A DNA stretch of 24,000 nucleotides from Gammaproteobacteria bacterium (GCA_036274615.1 DASUFK010000015.1:1-24000); one strand, 5' to 3'. Positions 7,495 through 16,307 are shown, counted from the first letter of the stretch. Notes: generated by a model from the letters alone, not told the origin. Program-made: numbers and translations.

Positions 7495-7513
7495 CCGACA
7501 TCGGCAAAGCGTA

Positions 7514-7547
7514 AACGCGGTGCGCGCCGCTCAGCGCGCACCGCGTT
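7514..7547. terminator. GC-rich hairpin between convergent genes (14-bp perfect stem, 6-nt loop); possible bidirectional terminator
   Basis: AACGCGGTGCGCGC-CGCTCA-GCGCGCACCGCGTT. It lies 20 nt after the stop at 7494 and 80 nt from the convergent stop at 7628. The T tract is weak: only TT on the + side and TTT on the - side. Confidence 0.45.
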
Positions 7548-7627
7548 CCCACGACACCGGTCACACGGGTCCCAACGTTCCGGCCGAGCGGCGGACCACT
7601 CGCGACCTCGCATCTCGGCTTTTCGCG

Positions 7628-7852
7628 TCACGGCGGCCGTTCCCTCAACTCCTCTATCAGCCGATCTCGCTCCTCGATCTGCAGGTGCAGCGCCGACTCG
7701 AACTCTACGAGTAGCGCTTCGGCTTGAGCCGTGTCATGTCCGCGGCCGCGGAGACTCTCGATCAGCCCCCGCTGCTTGGCGACGTGTGCCTGACCTTCGG
7801 TCACGTGGCGCTCGGCCAGCGCCAGATGGTCGGCGATCGTTTGCTTGTCCAT
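7628..7852 (-). CDS. Small (74 aa) predicted coiled-coil protein, unknown function
   Basis: This is the C-terminal part of track ORF 7628..8269, starting at ATG 7852: MDKQTIADHLALAERHVTEGQAHVAKQRGLIESLRGRGHDTAQAEALLVEFESALHLQIEERDRLIEELRERPP. The upstream part of the track ORF is Arg/Ser/Ala-rich and looks non-coding. Confidence 0.55.
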   Translation of the reverse strand: MDKQTIADHLALAERHVTEGQAHVAKQRGLIESLRGRGHDTAQAEALLVEFESALHLQIEERDRLIEELRERPP

Positions 7853-7898
7853 GCCCACTGCCAAGCAAACTTGATGCCACGCCGCCCGGATCGGCTGC

Positions 7899-9794
7899 AT
7901 GTGCGCCGCACGTCTTGCCCGGCCGAATGCGGCCCGCCACCATGGATGCTCGACCCGAGACGGCGGAGCAGTGCTAGGTAGATCGTTCCATCCGTTGCGC
8001 GCGCCCGCCGACACCTCGGCGGCGCGGACACTACGAGTGCCGTTCGAGGAGCACGTCGAGCTGCTGCGGGCATTCTTGGGCCACCGGGCCGAAGCCGTCG
8101 ACAACATCCAGGGCGTGCTGAACGCGCAGCGAAAGCCGCCGCAGTATCTGCGCGACGCGTCCATGCTGGCGCGGCTGCTCGACGAGTGCTTCTTCACGCT
8201 GCCGGGCCCCGGCGACCGATGGGCGCTCGCGCGCCAGTTGGACGAAGCGCACTGGGCGAGCGGCTTCAAGCCCCGTCACACGCCGGGCGAGCACAACGAC
8301 CTCATCGACCCCGCCGAAATGATGACGCGCGGCTTTCACTTGTGGCAGCAAACCCGCTGGCCGGGAAGCGCCGGCCGAGCGCGTTGGGCCGAGACCTTGT
8401 TCAACCTGTATCTCCTGCGGCGGTTGATGCTGCTCTGCATGCGAATCTGGGATGCGGGCGCGGCGGAGGCCGGCACCCGGCTCGCGCAAATCCAGGGCGT
8501 GCTCGACGAGCTGTGGAGAACGGCGCCGGCCGATCAGCCGGTATTCGTGCGCGATGCGCGCTGGCTGTTCCCCCTGGCGCAGAGCCCCACCACCGACGAG
8601 CTCGGCGGCTACTTCGTGGTGGCGCAACACATCGCGGACAGCCTGTCCTACGAGCACCGCCTCGAGATCGACAAGGCCAGTGTTCGAATGGCAGGCGGGC
8701 ACCTCACCTCGCAGCTGCGCCACGTCTCCACGCAGAAGGGCGTGTCGATCCACGACCACGCGCTGATCCTCATCACCCGCCGCTCCAACGCGCTCGATCT
8801 CGCCACGCTGCTCCAGGGTCTCGTGCCGCTGCTCGAGGCTTACGAGCGGGCCGCTGCAGGCGGCGACGCCGACAAGCGTCTCGAGCTCGCCGGCGCGATC
8901 TGTCAGGGCATCTCTCCGGATCCGGAGCTGTTCGTCAATCGCCTCGACCTGCTCGGCCCTTACGGCATGATCGAGTATCTATTCATCGCGGCGGATCGTG
9001 ACGGGCACGCCGCTTACACGCCGTTGGGACGACGGCATCTGCAACTGCTCGAGGAGTACGCGGCGCGGCTTGCGCGTGTAGTCGAGCCGTTGCACGCAGA
9101 CTGCGCGCGCTTCAAGCCGGTTTCGGGCGCCTATTCGCCCTACGGCACGTTGTACGGTTTCTCGTCGCGGCTCCTGGAGCACATGGCGCTCAAGAGCCTC
9201 GCGCCCGACGCCGCCACCGGCTTCAGCCTCGAGGACGTCTTCAGCGACGGCGGGGCGGATAAGCTCGCGTGGGTGAGCGGCTGGCGCAAGCTGCCGCACA
9301 TCCCGCGCGACGTGCAGAAGCTCTTCGACTACCCGCAAGAATTCGCGGAGCAGATCTTCGGCCGCATCGAGGCCGCGCTGCGCAAGCGCGTGGCCGGCGG
9401 CGGCGCGAGCGCCGCCGCGAGAGCGGGCCGTCTGCTGCTCGTGGCCGAGGACGAGCCGGTGTCGGGCTCGCAGCACTCGTCGATTCCGGATCTCGCGCCA
9501 CGATTCTTTCTGTCGTCCGACCGGCGCCTCGTGGACGACGGCAAGGCCGAGCCTTACGGCCAGCGGGAGCTGCTTCACAGCAGGACCGAGGGCGAATTCA
9601 TCGTGAGCTACGCGACGCCGGGCGGCTGGCTCGCGATCACCAAGGACGCTCTCACCGACGTCATCGGCGCGGGGCTCGAAGCGAAGGTCCGCCTGCCGCG
9701 CGCGGCCGCCGAGACGCTGCGCTCGATGTGCCTCGGGCTCGCCGAGTTTCCGGAGACTTCCGCGCAGTCGCAGGAGGTGGGGCAGCCGGTCTAG
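7899..9794 (+). CDS. Large cytoplasmic protein of unknown function (no family recognised)
   Basis: 631-aa ORF with balanced composition (K, F, Y, W, I present) and GC-rich third positions from about 8037 onward. Overlapping minus-strand ORFs are Arg-rich artefacts. The start is uncertain: codons between 7899 and 8036 have poor third-position GC, so GTG 8037 (VPFEEHVELL) or GTG 7971 are alternatives. Confidence 0.7.
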   Translation: MCAARLARPNAARHHGCSTRDGGAVLGRSFHPLRAPADTSAARTLRVPFEEHVELLRAFLGHRAEAVDNIQGVLNAQRKPPQYLRDASMLARLLDECFFTLPGPGDRWALARQLDEAHWASGFKPRHTPGEHNDLIDPAEMMTRGFHLWQQTRWPGSAGRARWAETLFNLYLLRRLMLLCMRIWDAGAAEAGTRLAQIQGVLDELWRTAPADQPVFVRDARWLFPLAQSPTTDELGGYFVVAQHIADSLSYEHRLEIDKASVRMAGGHLTSQLRHVSTQKGVSIHDHALILITRRSNALDLATLLQGLVPLLEAYERAAAGGDADKRLELAGAICQGISPDPELFVNRLDLLGPYGMIEYLFIAADRDGHAAYTPLGRRHLQLLEEYAARLARVVEPLHADCARFKPVSGAYSPYGTLYGFSSRLLEHMALKSLAPDAATGFSLEDVFSDGGADKLAWVSGWRKLPHIPRDVQKLFDYPQEFAEQIFGRIEAALRKRVAGGGASAAARAGRLLLVAEDEPVSGSQHSSIPDLAPRFFLSSDRRLVDDGKAEPYGQRELLHSRTEGEFIVSYATPGGWLAITKDALTDVIGAGLEAKVRLPRAAAETLRSMCLGLAEFPETSAQSQEVGQPV

Positions 9795-9868
9795 AGCGCG
9801 CTCCGGCGCGGAGCGCCGAGCTTCATGCAGCGGAACGCGCGCAACGAAGCGCAAGGAGCCGTTCGCCA

Positions 9869-12004
9869 GTGAGTCGAGCAGAGACCAAGGAAGGCACCTA
9901 CCGGCGGTTCCGCCCGCTCGCCATCGTGCTCGCGCTCGCGATCTTCGGAGCGCTCTCTGCGTCCGCCGCAGACGCGCAGGCGCTCGGCTTTCGGCTCGAC
10001 GAAGGCGGCAACATCAACAGCTTCACCCGCGACGGTGACGTGGCCGCGCACCTGCTGCTGCGCTCGGGCGATGAGCCGAGAATCCTCGTCGCGTTCCCGG
10101 CCGGCGACAGCGGCGTGGGACTGTGGTTCGCGAAGACCGCCGAGCCGGTGGAGTGGCGGCTCGTGGCGGCACCTCGCGCGATCACGGTCATGGACGGCAG
10201 CGGCCGTCCGCTGCACGGTATCGAAGCGCAAGTCGAAACGGACGCGCCGGCGCTCCGCGTGGAGCGCGCGGTGTTGTCGTCGATCCGCGTGCTGCGCGAC
10301 TTCGAGCTCCTGCGCACGGTGCCGGACGAAGTCCTCACGCCGCCCGTGGCGAGTGGCTCGCGTCTCACCTGGGCCCGCGACCGGCTGGACGGCGCGGCCG
10401 GATACCGGTTGACGCTGGAAGCGGAGGGCGACGCCGCGGTCGGCGCGGATGGCATCCGCCGCGGCGCCGCCGGCCGGCTGCGGTTCACGGTGACGGCGTT
10501 GACGGGCGAGCCGCCGCTCACGCCGATCGACGGCGCGGCGCTGCTCGACCGGCGGGCCGCGGTCGACCCGCGGTCGCGCCACGTGCTCGAGTTCCTCGCC
10601 TATCGCGAGAAGTACCTCGCGGGCTCGTGGCGCTTCGACACCTACTTCGGGCGCGACACGCTGATCTCGCTGATGCTGCTCGAGCCCGCGCTGCAGCCCG
10701 GCGCGATCGGCGCCGGCATTCGCTCGGTGCTCGAGCGGCTCGCGCCGAACGGCGAAGTGGCGCACGAGGAAGACATCGGCGAGCAAGCGGTGCTGCGCAA
10801 CGCGAAGGAAGGCCGCGGCCTCGTCGACACGCCGATCTACGACTACGGCATGGTCGACGACGACTTCATGCTCGCGCCGCTGATCGCGCGTTGGCTGCTC
10901 GACGGCGGCACGTCGCGCGCTCGCGCCGACGATTTTCTCGCGAGCGGCCTGGCGTCCGGAGCGCCGGCGGCGGAAGCGCTCGCGCGCAATTTCGAATGGG
11001 TGGTGCGCCGCAGCGCGGCCTTCGCGGCCGAGCCCGTGGCGGCCAACCTCGTCGGCATCAAGCCGAATCGCCGCACCGGCAACTGGCGCGACAGCGACGA
11101 CGGGCTCGGCGGCGGAACCTATCCCTACGACGTCAACGTGGCCCTCGTGCCGGCCGCGCTCGAGGCGATCGATCGACTCTTCGCGAGCGGGCTGCTCGAC
11201 GCGTATCTATCGAACGAGCAACGCCGCGTTCTCTCGCAAGCGGGCGCGCAGCGGCGGATCTGGGCGGCGAGCGCGGCGCCGTTCTTTCGCGTCGCCCTGT
11301 CCGCCGGCGCGGCACGCTCCGCGATCGCCGCGTACGCGGCCGCGGCCGGAGTGAGCGCGACGGACGGGCTCGCGTCGATCGGCGACGACGGCGTCGAGCT
11401 CGACGCGCTATCGCTCGACGCGAACGGCGAGCCCGTGCCGGTGCTGCACTCGGACGGCGGCTTCACGCTGCTGTTCGGCGAGCCCGCGCCCGCGCAGGTG
11501 GAGCGCGCCGCGGCAGCGCTGCTCCACCCGTTTCCCGCGGGCCTGCTCACGCCCGTGGGCATGGTCGTCGCGAACCCGGTGTTCGCCGATCCCGAGGTGC
11601 AAGCGCGGTTCTCGAGCGCGGCGTACCACGGCACCGTGGTGTGGTCGTGGCAGCAGGCGTTGATGGCCGCCGGCCTCGAGAGGCAGCTCGCGCGCAGGGA
11701 CTTGCCGGCCGGCTTGCGCGCGCGGCTGCGCGACGCACGCGCGCGGCTCTGGGCCGCGATCGGCGCCGCCGCGGCGCTGCGCTCGTCGGAGCTCTGGTCG
11801 TGGTCGTTCGCGAACGGCTGCTATCGGCCGGAGCCGTTCGGCGCCCGCCGCACGGACGTCGACGAGTCGAACGCCGCGCAGCTCTGGAGCACCGTGTTCC
11901 TGGCGCTCGACGCCGTCAGCGCTCCGGCGCGGCGGGCGCGGGTTCCGGAGCCCTGCCGGGACCGGGATCGGCGGCCGCCGGCAGCTGCGCGCTCTCCACC
12001 TTGA
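9869..12004 (+). CDS. Secreted six-hairpin (alpha/alpha)6 glycosidase-like protein (amylo-alpha-1,6-glucosidase/GDE_C-like motifs)
   Basis: In frame with track ORF 9269..12004. I place the start at GTG 9869, with AAGGAG at 9853-9858. This gives the signal-like N-terminus VSRAETKEGTYRRFRPLAIVLALAIFGALSASAADAQA. WRFDTYFGRDTLISLMLL and AAYHGTVVWSWQQ resemble the FGRD and YHNGxVWPW motifs of GDE_C/GH15-like barrels, as I remember them. Confidence 0.7.
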   Translation: MSRAETKEGTYRRFRPLAIVLALAIFGALSASAADAQALGFRLDEGGNINSFTRDGDVAAHLLLRSGDEPRILVAFPAGDSGVGLWFAKTAEPVEWRLVAAPRAITVMDGSGRPLHGIEAQVETDAPALRVERAVLSSIRVLRDFELLRTVPDEVLTPPVASGSRLTWARDRLDGAAGYRLTLEAEGDAAVGADGIRRGAAGRLRFTVTALTGEPPLTPIDGAALLDRRAAVDPRSRHVLEFLAYREKYLAGSWRFDTYFGRDTLISLMLLEPALQPGAIGAGIRSVLERLAPNGEVAHEEDIGEQAVLRNAKEGRGLVDTPIYDYGMVDDDFMLAPLIARWLLDGGTSRARADDFLASGLASGAPAAEALARNFEWVVRRSAAFAAEPVAANLVGIKPNRRTGNWRDSDDGLGGGTYPYDVNVALVPAALEAIDRLFASGLLDAYLSNEQRRVLSQAGAQRRIWAASAAPFFRVALSAGAARSAIAAYAAAAGVSATDGLASIGDDGVELDALSLDANGEPVPVLHSDGGFTLLFGEPAPAQVERAAAALLHPFPAGLLTPVGMVVANPVFADPEVQARFSSAAYHGTVVWSWQQALMAAGLERQLARRDLPAGLRARLRDARARLWAAIGAAAALRSSELWSWSFANGCYRPEPFGARRTDVDESNAAQLWSTVFLALDAVSAPARRARVPEPCRDRDRRPPAAARSPP

Positions 12005-12431
12005 CCGCGTCGCGCTGCTCGCCCGGGCCGCGCCCGAGGATCTCGGCCTCCTCCTTCGAGATCGGGAGGAACTGGCCGAGCTTGCAGGGTGCGCCGTCGG
12101 TTCGGAGCAGCCGATCCACGACCAAGATCTGCGTGCCGCTGCAAATCTGCTCGAGGCTGCCGCCGCTGGGGTTCGCGTAGGTGATTCGGTCGTGGAATGC
12201 GAGGTCTCGGCAGGTGGCTTGCAGATAGTTGCGGTAGTACCTGCCGCGCACGTTGAACACGATCGTTCGATCGTCGACGGCGTGCGTCTTCTTGATTCCG
12301 CCCATCGGCACGCAGCGTACCGGTGAACGATCGAGGTCCTTGCCGCCGTCTTGCGCGTGCGCGGTAGAGCCGCCGGTCCAAGCCGCCGCTCCGAGCAGCA
12401 CCGCAGCCCATCGGGCACCGGTCGAGAACAT
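11916..12431 (-). CDS. Small secreted Cys-containing protein, unknown function
   Basis: Track ORF 11916..12443. I prefer ATG 12431, which is preceded by GGAGA. N-terminus: MFSTGARWAAVLLGAAAWTGGSTAHAQ. It has four Cys residues (RCVPMGG, ATCRDL, EQICSG, APCKLG) and a Pro/Ala-rich tail. Its 3' end overlaps the convergent CDS by 89 nt. Confidence 0.6.
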   Translation of the reverse strand: MFSTGARWAAVLLGAAAWTGGSTAHAQDGGKDLDRSPVRCVPMGGIKKTHAVDDRTIVFNVRGRYYRNYLQATCRDLAFHDRITYANPSGGSLEQICSGTQILVVDRLLRTDGAPCKLGQFLPISKEEAEILGRGPGEQRDAVKVESAQLPAAADPGPGRAPEPAPAAPER

Positions 12432-12520
12432 GCCGGTCTCCACTTCGTCGATTCGCGGCTATTCTTATAGCGCGGCTGCCTCGGGTTCGGAAGGGGAGCC
12501 AACGATCCCGGAGCAGCGTC

Positions 12521-13174
12521 TTGACCCGATTCGTCGACGACCAAGGCCGCTTGGACTTTGCCGCGCTCGCGGCGGACCGGCGCAGCCTCGACGAGCACAT
12601 CGCCTACGTGGAGCGCGTGAGCCCGGCCAGCGCGCCGGAGCTCTTCCCGCGCCGCGCCGACGTGCTCGCCTATCACCTGAACGCTTACAACGCGTTGGCC
12701 ATGCGCGGCGTCATCGACGCCGGCATCACCGAAGGCTTCAAGGGTTTTCTCGGGCGGCAGCTGTTCTTCCGGCTGCGCAAGGTGGTGGTGGGCGGACGGC
12801 GGATGTCGTTGTCGGCGTACGAGAACGACGTGATTCGGCCGCTCGGCGAGCCGCGCGTGCACTTCGCGCTCAACTGCATGGCGCGCAGCTGCCCGCGGCT
12901 GCCGCAAGCGGCGTTCAGCGCAAACGAGCTCGACGCGCAGCTCGAGGCCGCGGCCCGCGAGTTCGTGAACGACCCGCGCAACGTGCGCGTCGACGCGGCG
13001 GCGCGCGAGGTGTGGCTGTCGAGCATCTTCGCCTTCTACACGAAGGACTTCGCGCCCGACGGCAAGCACGCGAGCCTGATCGACTACGTGAACCGCTACC
13101 GCGACGCGCCCGTGAACCGAGAATTCGCCGTGCGCTTCATTCCCTACGACTGGTCGCTCAACCGGCAGCCTTGA
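12521..13174 (+). CDS. DUF547 domain protein
   Basis: TTG start at 12521, the most upstream start codon in the frame. AYHLNAYNALAMRGV, VHFALNCMARSCPRL and EVWLSSIFAFY match the DUF547 pattern I remember (HFALNC...SCP). Confidence 0.75.
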   Translation: MTRFVDDQGRLDFAALAADRRSLDEHIAYVERVSPASAPELFPRRADVLAYHLNAYNALAMRGVIDAGITEGFKGFLGRQLFFRLRKVVVGGRRMSLSAYENDVIRPLGEPRVHFALNCMARSCPRLPQAAFSANELDAQLEAAAREFVNDPRNVRVDAAAREVWLSSIFAFYTKDFAPDGKHASLIDYVNRYRDAPVNREFAVRFIPYDWSLNRQP

Positions 13175-13178
13175 CGGC

Positions 13179-14093
13179 TCAGCGGTCGAGCTCGCTGCAC
13201 GACGAGCCGTACTTGAAGCAGCTGTAGCAGCGATGGTGGTGCAGCATCACGCGCTTCGTCATGCTCTCCGCCAGCGCGCCGCCGAGGTCGTAGGCGGCGT
13301 CGTCGTCGACGAGCGTGCAGGCGTACACCCGCATGCGACCCTCCTTCTTCACCACCATCTTCGAGAACGCGCACATGAAGGCGCGGCGGCTGTCCGCGGA
13401 CTGATACGTCGTCATGCAGTGCTCGGTGATCGCGGGCACGCGCGGGCTTGCGCCCGGCAAGAGGAAGTCGGGAAAGGCCACGATGCCGGCTGTCGGCGGC
13501 AGCCCGTGCTCCGTGAGCAGGCCGGCGTAGGCCGCCGTTACCGCGGCCGCGTCCTCGTTCCGGTCCATCTGCCTCGCGATCGAGACCCTGAAGCCGAGCG
13601 CGTGCAGCTCCTCGAGCGCCTGCCAGGATTGCGCGAAGGTGCCGGCGCCGCGGCCCGCTTCGTGCCGCTCGCGGCTCGGATAATCGATGCTCACGCGGAA
13701 CGCGATCGGGTGCGGCTGCTCGCGCAGCGAGGCCACCTGTCGCAGGCGCTTGAGCAGCGCGTCGGTGCCGTTGGTCAATACGAGGCACGGGCGAGCGTCC
13801 GACGCGTAGCGAAGGATGCTCACGAATTCCTTCACGACGAACGGCTCGCCGCCCGTGAACGACAGCTGCTCCACGCCGAGCGCCACGGCCTCGTCGATGA
13901 ACGGCTTCGCGTCCGCGAGCGTGATGCGGCCGAGGCGCGCATCGCCGGGATTCGAGCCCTCGAGGCAGAACGGGCACGCCAGGTTGCAGGCGGTGCCCGT
14001 GTGGAACCAGAGCTCGCGCAGCGCGTGCGGCTCGATGTAGCCGCGCGGGTCGCCGCCGGCCGTGAAGAGCAGCGAGCTCGGCTCCGCGCTCAT
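13179..14093 (-). CDS. Radical SAM enzyme with a Cys-rich C-terminal tail (resembles the TIGR04167/ArsS-type Cys-rich/selenodomain rSAM group)
   Basis: This is the C-terminal 304 aa of track ORF 13179..14963, starting at ATG 14093. It has the CxxxCxxC cluster CNLACPFC, the motif SFTGGEPF, and the tail HHHRCYSCFKYGSSCSELDR. Its ATG overlaps the upstream gene's stop as ATGA. Confidence 0.8.
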   Translation of the reverse strand: MSAEPSSLLFTAGGDPRGYIEPHALRELWFHTGTACNLACPFCLEGSNPGDARLGRITLADAKPFIDEAVALGVEQLSFTGGEPFVVKEFVSILRYASDARPCLVLTNGTDALLKRLRQVASLREQPHPIAFRVSIDYPSRERHEAGRGAGTFAQSWQALEELHALGFRVSIARQMDRNEDAAAVTAAYAGLLTEHGLPPTAGIVAFPDFLLPGASPRVPAITEHCMTTYQSADSRRAFMCAFSKMVVKKEGRMRVYACTLVDDDAAYDLGGALAESMTKRVMLHHHRCYSCFKYGSSCSELDR

Positions 14094-14839
14094 GGCTCCG
14101 GATCGCCGCCCGAGGTGAGGGTTGCCCGATAGCTCGCGGCGAGCGCCGCGGGCTCTCCGCCGAGCGCGTAGCGCAGCGCGAGCCAGCGATTGTGCAGCGT
14201 GCGCGCGAGCCAGCCGTCGCGTTCCCAGCGCCGCGTCGCCACGGCGAGCGCGCGCGGCAGCACGCGGAACCTGCCGCGCGCGCGCAGGCCGCGCACGAGC
14301 CGCACTTCCTCGAACAGCGGCTGCGCGGCGAATCCGCCGAGCTCGAGGTACACGTCGCGGCGCGCGAAGATGCCCTGGTCGCCGTAGACCATGCCGCCGC
14401 AGCGAATCCTGAGCGCCACGAGTCGCGCGAGCAGGCGCTTGTACCAGCTGCTCGGCCCTTGGAACGCGAACCGGAAGCAGCCGCTCTCGGCGCCGTGTCG
14501 AACGGCGGACGCGATGAGCTCCACCGCGTCCCTCGCCGGCTCGGCGTCGGCGTGCAGGAACCACAGCACCGGGGCCGTGGCCTCGAGCGCGCCCGCGTGG
14601 AGCTGCGCGCCGCGGTTCGGCGCGGTCTCGACGTACTTGCAGCCGTACGAGCGGCACACGGCCTCCGCCGCGGCGGCACTGCGTCCCGACACCACGACGA
14701 CCTCCGCGGGCCGTTGCCGCGCGAGCCGCGCGAGCAGCGTGCCGAGCGCGTGCTCCTCGCCGAGCACCGGGATCACCACGGCCACGCCGGTCGAAGCGGC
14801 GGCGGGCTCGGTGCCTTCCTGTGGGACGCCGGCGCTCAT
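14090..14839 (-). CDS. GT2-like transferase of the type I remember as TIGR04283 (rSAM/selenodomain-associated transferase 2)
   Basis: ATG at 14839. Motifs: VAVVIPVLGEE, NRGAQLHAGA, WFLHADAEP, VYGDQGIFARR and VATRRWERDGW. ATGA overlaps occur at both ends (14836-14839 and 14090-14093). Confidence 0.8.
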   Translation of the reverse strand: MSAGVPQEGTEPAAASTGVAVVIPVLGEEHALGTLLARLARQRPAEVVVVSGRSAAAAEAVCRSYGCKYVETAPNRGAQLHAGALEATAPVLWFLHADAEPARDAVELIASAVRHGAESGCFRFAFQGPSSWYKRLLARLVALRIRCGGMVYGDQGIFARRDVYLELGGFAAQPLFEEVRLVRGLRARGRFRVLPRALAVATRRWERDGWLARTLHNRWLALRYALGGEPAALAASYRATLTSGGDPEP

Positions 14840-15585
14840 TGCACGCTGTCCGGCTGCGCGTCGCCCGTGAGCGCGTCGCCGGGCAGCGGCGCCTGCGACT
14901 CGGCCGCGAGACGCTCGCGCAAGATGCGCGTGGAGCGGCGCGTGACGAGCACGGTGAGCGCAACCGTGGATGCGAAACCCACCGCGAGCATCGTGTCCGC
15001 CGCCCAGGCCGGAGCGCCGTCCGCGCTCGTGAGCGTGGTGAGGCTCTTCGCGAGCGTGCCCGTGTAGACGTACAGCACGATGGCCGGCAGCATGCCGAGC
15101 CACGACGCCACCGCGTAGTCGCGAAAGCGCGCGCCCGTGATGCTCAAGGCGTAGTTCAAGAGGTTGTAGGGGATCAGCGGCGACAGGCGCGCGAGCAGCA
15201 CGATCGCGAAGCCGTCATGGTGCAGCGCCGCTGCCAGCGCGCTGAACTTGGGCGACGCGGCCACCCGCTGCGTCACCCAGTCGCGCGCGACGAATCGCCC
15301 CACGAAGAATGCGGCCGCCGCCCCGAGCATGCTGCCGAGCGAGGTGAGCGCCACGCCGAGCGGCAAACCGAACAGGAAGCCCGCGGCGAGCGTGAGGATC
15401 GAGCCGGGGACCAGGAGCACGGCGGCCAACACGTACACGGCGAGGAAGATCACGGCCGCGGCCATGCGGTGGTGCTGCGCCCACGTGGCGGCGCCGGCGA
15501 TCCACGATGCGAGTGGCGGGTGGAAGGCCACCGCGGCGATCGCCGCCAGCACGAGCACGGCCACGAGCGCGTGCCGCTTGTTCAC
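14836..15585 (-). CDS. TVP38/TMEM64 (DedA-related, SNARE-associated domain) integral membrane protein
   Basis: GTG at 15585 forms a GTGA overlap with the upstream stop. The sequence has multiple hydrophobic segments: LVPGSILTLAAGFLFGLPLGVALTSLGSMLGAAAAFFVGRFVARDWV...ARLSPLIPYNLLNYALSIT. Confidence 0.8.
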   Translation of the reverse strand: MNKRHALVAVLVLAAIAAVAFHPPLASWIAGAATWAQHHRMAAAVIFLAVYVLAAVLLVPGSILTLAAGFLFGLPLGVALTSLGSMLGAAAAFFVGRFVARDWVTQRVAASPKFSALAAALHHDGFAIVLLARLSPLIPYNLLNYALSITGARFRDYAVASWLGMLPAIVLYVYTGTLAKSLTTLTSADGAPAWAADTMLAVGFASTVALTVLVTRRSTRILRERLAAESQAPLPGDALTGDAQPDSVQ

Positions 15586-16262
15586 GAGCGGAGATCCGGC
15601 TGCACGTCGAGCCAGCGCGCGAGCGCGCGGCGCGCCGGCCGCGAATCGCCGGCGAGGTCGGTCCGCAGGGCGGCGAGATCGTCGAGCGTGTCCACGTCCT
15701 TGAGGCGCGGCAGCGTGGCGGTGTGCGCGCCGGCCGCCTCGCAGGCCGCTTGCAGCGAGTCGCACAGGCCGCTCGTGCTCCACGGCAGCGCCGCGAGCGG
15801 CGGCCAGCGACCGCGCACGCCCATCAGTACCACGCCGCCGTCGGGCGCCGGGCCGAGCACGGCGTCGTGATCGTCGAGCGCGTGCGCCGCGCGCGCGAGG
15901 TACGGTACGTCGAGAGTCGGGCAGTCGATGCCGATGAAGAGCTGCCGCTCGAAGCCGCGCTCGAGCAGGTCGTCGTTGACGTGATGGATGCGCTCGCCGA
16001 GATTGCCGCCGCGCTGCACCACTACGACGTCCGCCGGAAGCGCATCGGCCCGCTCGTCGGCCGCCGACGGCGCCACGCACACGGGGCCCGGCCAGGCCGC
16101 GAGATCCTCGCGCACGCAGTCGAGGAGGCGCTGCGCCGCCTGGGTGGCTCGCCGAGCGCCGATGTGCTCGGCTAGCCGCCGCTTCGAGCGCGCGGCCGAC
16201 TTCATCATCAGAACCACGCAGCAGCCGCTGTCCCGGACGCCGCGCGGCGACGGTATTCCCAT
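15582..16262 (-). CDS. DUF2064 protein of the type I remember as TIGR04282 (rSAM/selenodomain-associated transferase 1)
   Basis: This is the C-terminal part of track ORF 15582..16514. Motifs: VVLMMKSAARSKRRLAEHIG (compare the FAKxPxxGxVKTRLA pattern), NLGERI, IGIDCPTL, VLGPAPDGGVVLMG, LPWSTS and DVDTLDDL. The start at ATG 16262 is tentative. The track ORF upstream of it merely reads through the palindrome. Confidence 0.7.
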   Translation of the reverse strand: MGIPSPRGVRDSGCCVVLMMKSAARSKRRLAEHIGARRATQAAQRLLDCVREDLAAWPGPVCVAPSAADERADALPADVVVVQRGGNLGERIHHVNDDLLERGFERQLFIGIDCPTLDVPYLARAAHALDDHDAVLGPAPDGGVVLMGVRGRWPPLAALPWSTSGLCDSLQAACEAAGAHTATLPRLKDVDTLDDLAALRTDLAGDSRPARRALARWLDVQPDLRS

Positions 16263-16307
16263 GCTCCTAATGTTACACGCGCTCCTTCCACCCCCGGGAT
16301 CGCTCAT

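Noticed and set aside
11916-12004. The 89-nt convergent overlap of the glycosidase-like CDS and the small secreted-protein CDS as a meaningful antisense arrangement
   Set aside because: Both overlapping tails are low-complexity: Arg/Pro-rich on one strand and Pro/Ala-rich on the other. The simpler explanation is that one or both true ends are shorter or functionally dispensable. I cannot resolve this without homolog alignments.
10123-12180. Very long alternative-frame or antisense ORFs in the track: 10123..12180 (685 aa), 11408..13069 (553 aa), 13144..14679 (511 aa), 14821..15870, 18478..19848, 20627..21805, 21802..22971, 2920..3948, and the first ~470 codons of 21639..23702
   Set aside because: Their translations are dominated by Arg, Ala, Gly and Pro with almost no Lys, Ile, Phe or Tyr. 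That is the usual signature of off-frame ORFs kept open by high GC. Each overlaps an ORF with recognisable domains or motifs in another frame.
13179-13260. Selenocysteine (in-frame TGA plus a SECIS element) in the radical SAM C-terminal tail, as occurs in some members of the related family
   Set aside because: The tail reads through with Cys codons (CYSCFKYGSSCSE) and ends at a normal stop. There is no in-frame TGA to recode.
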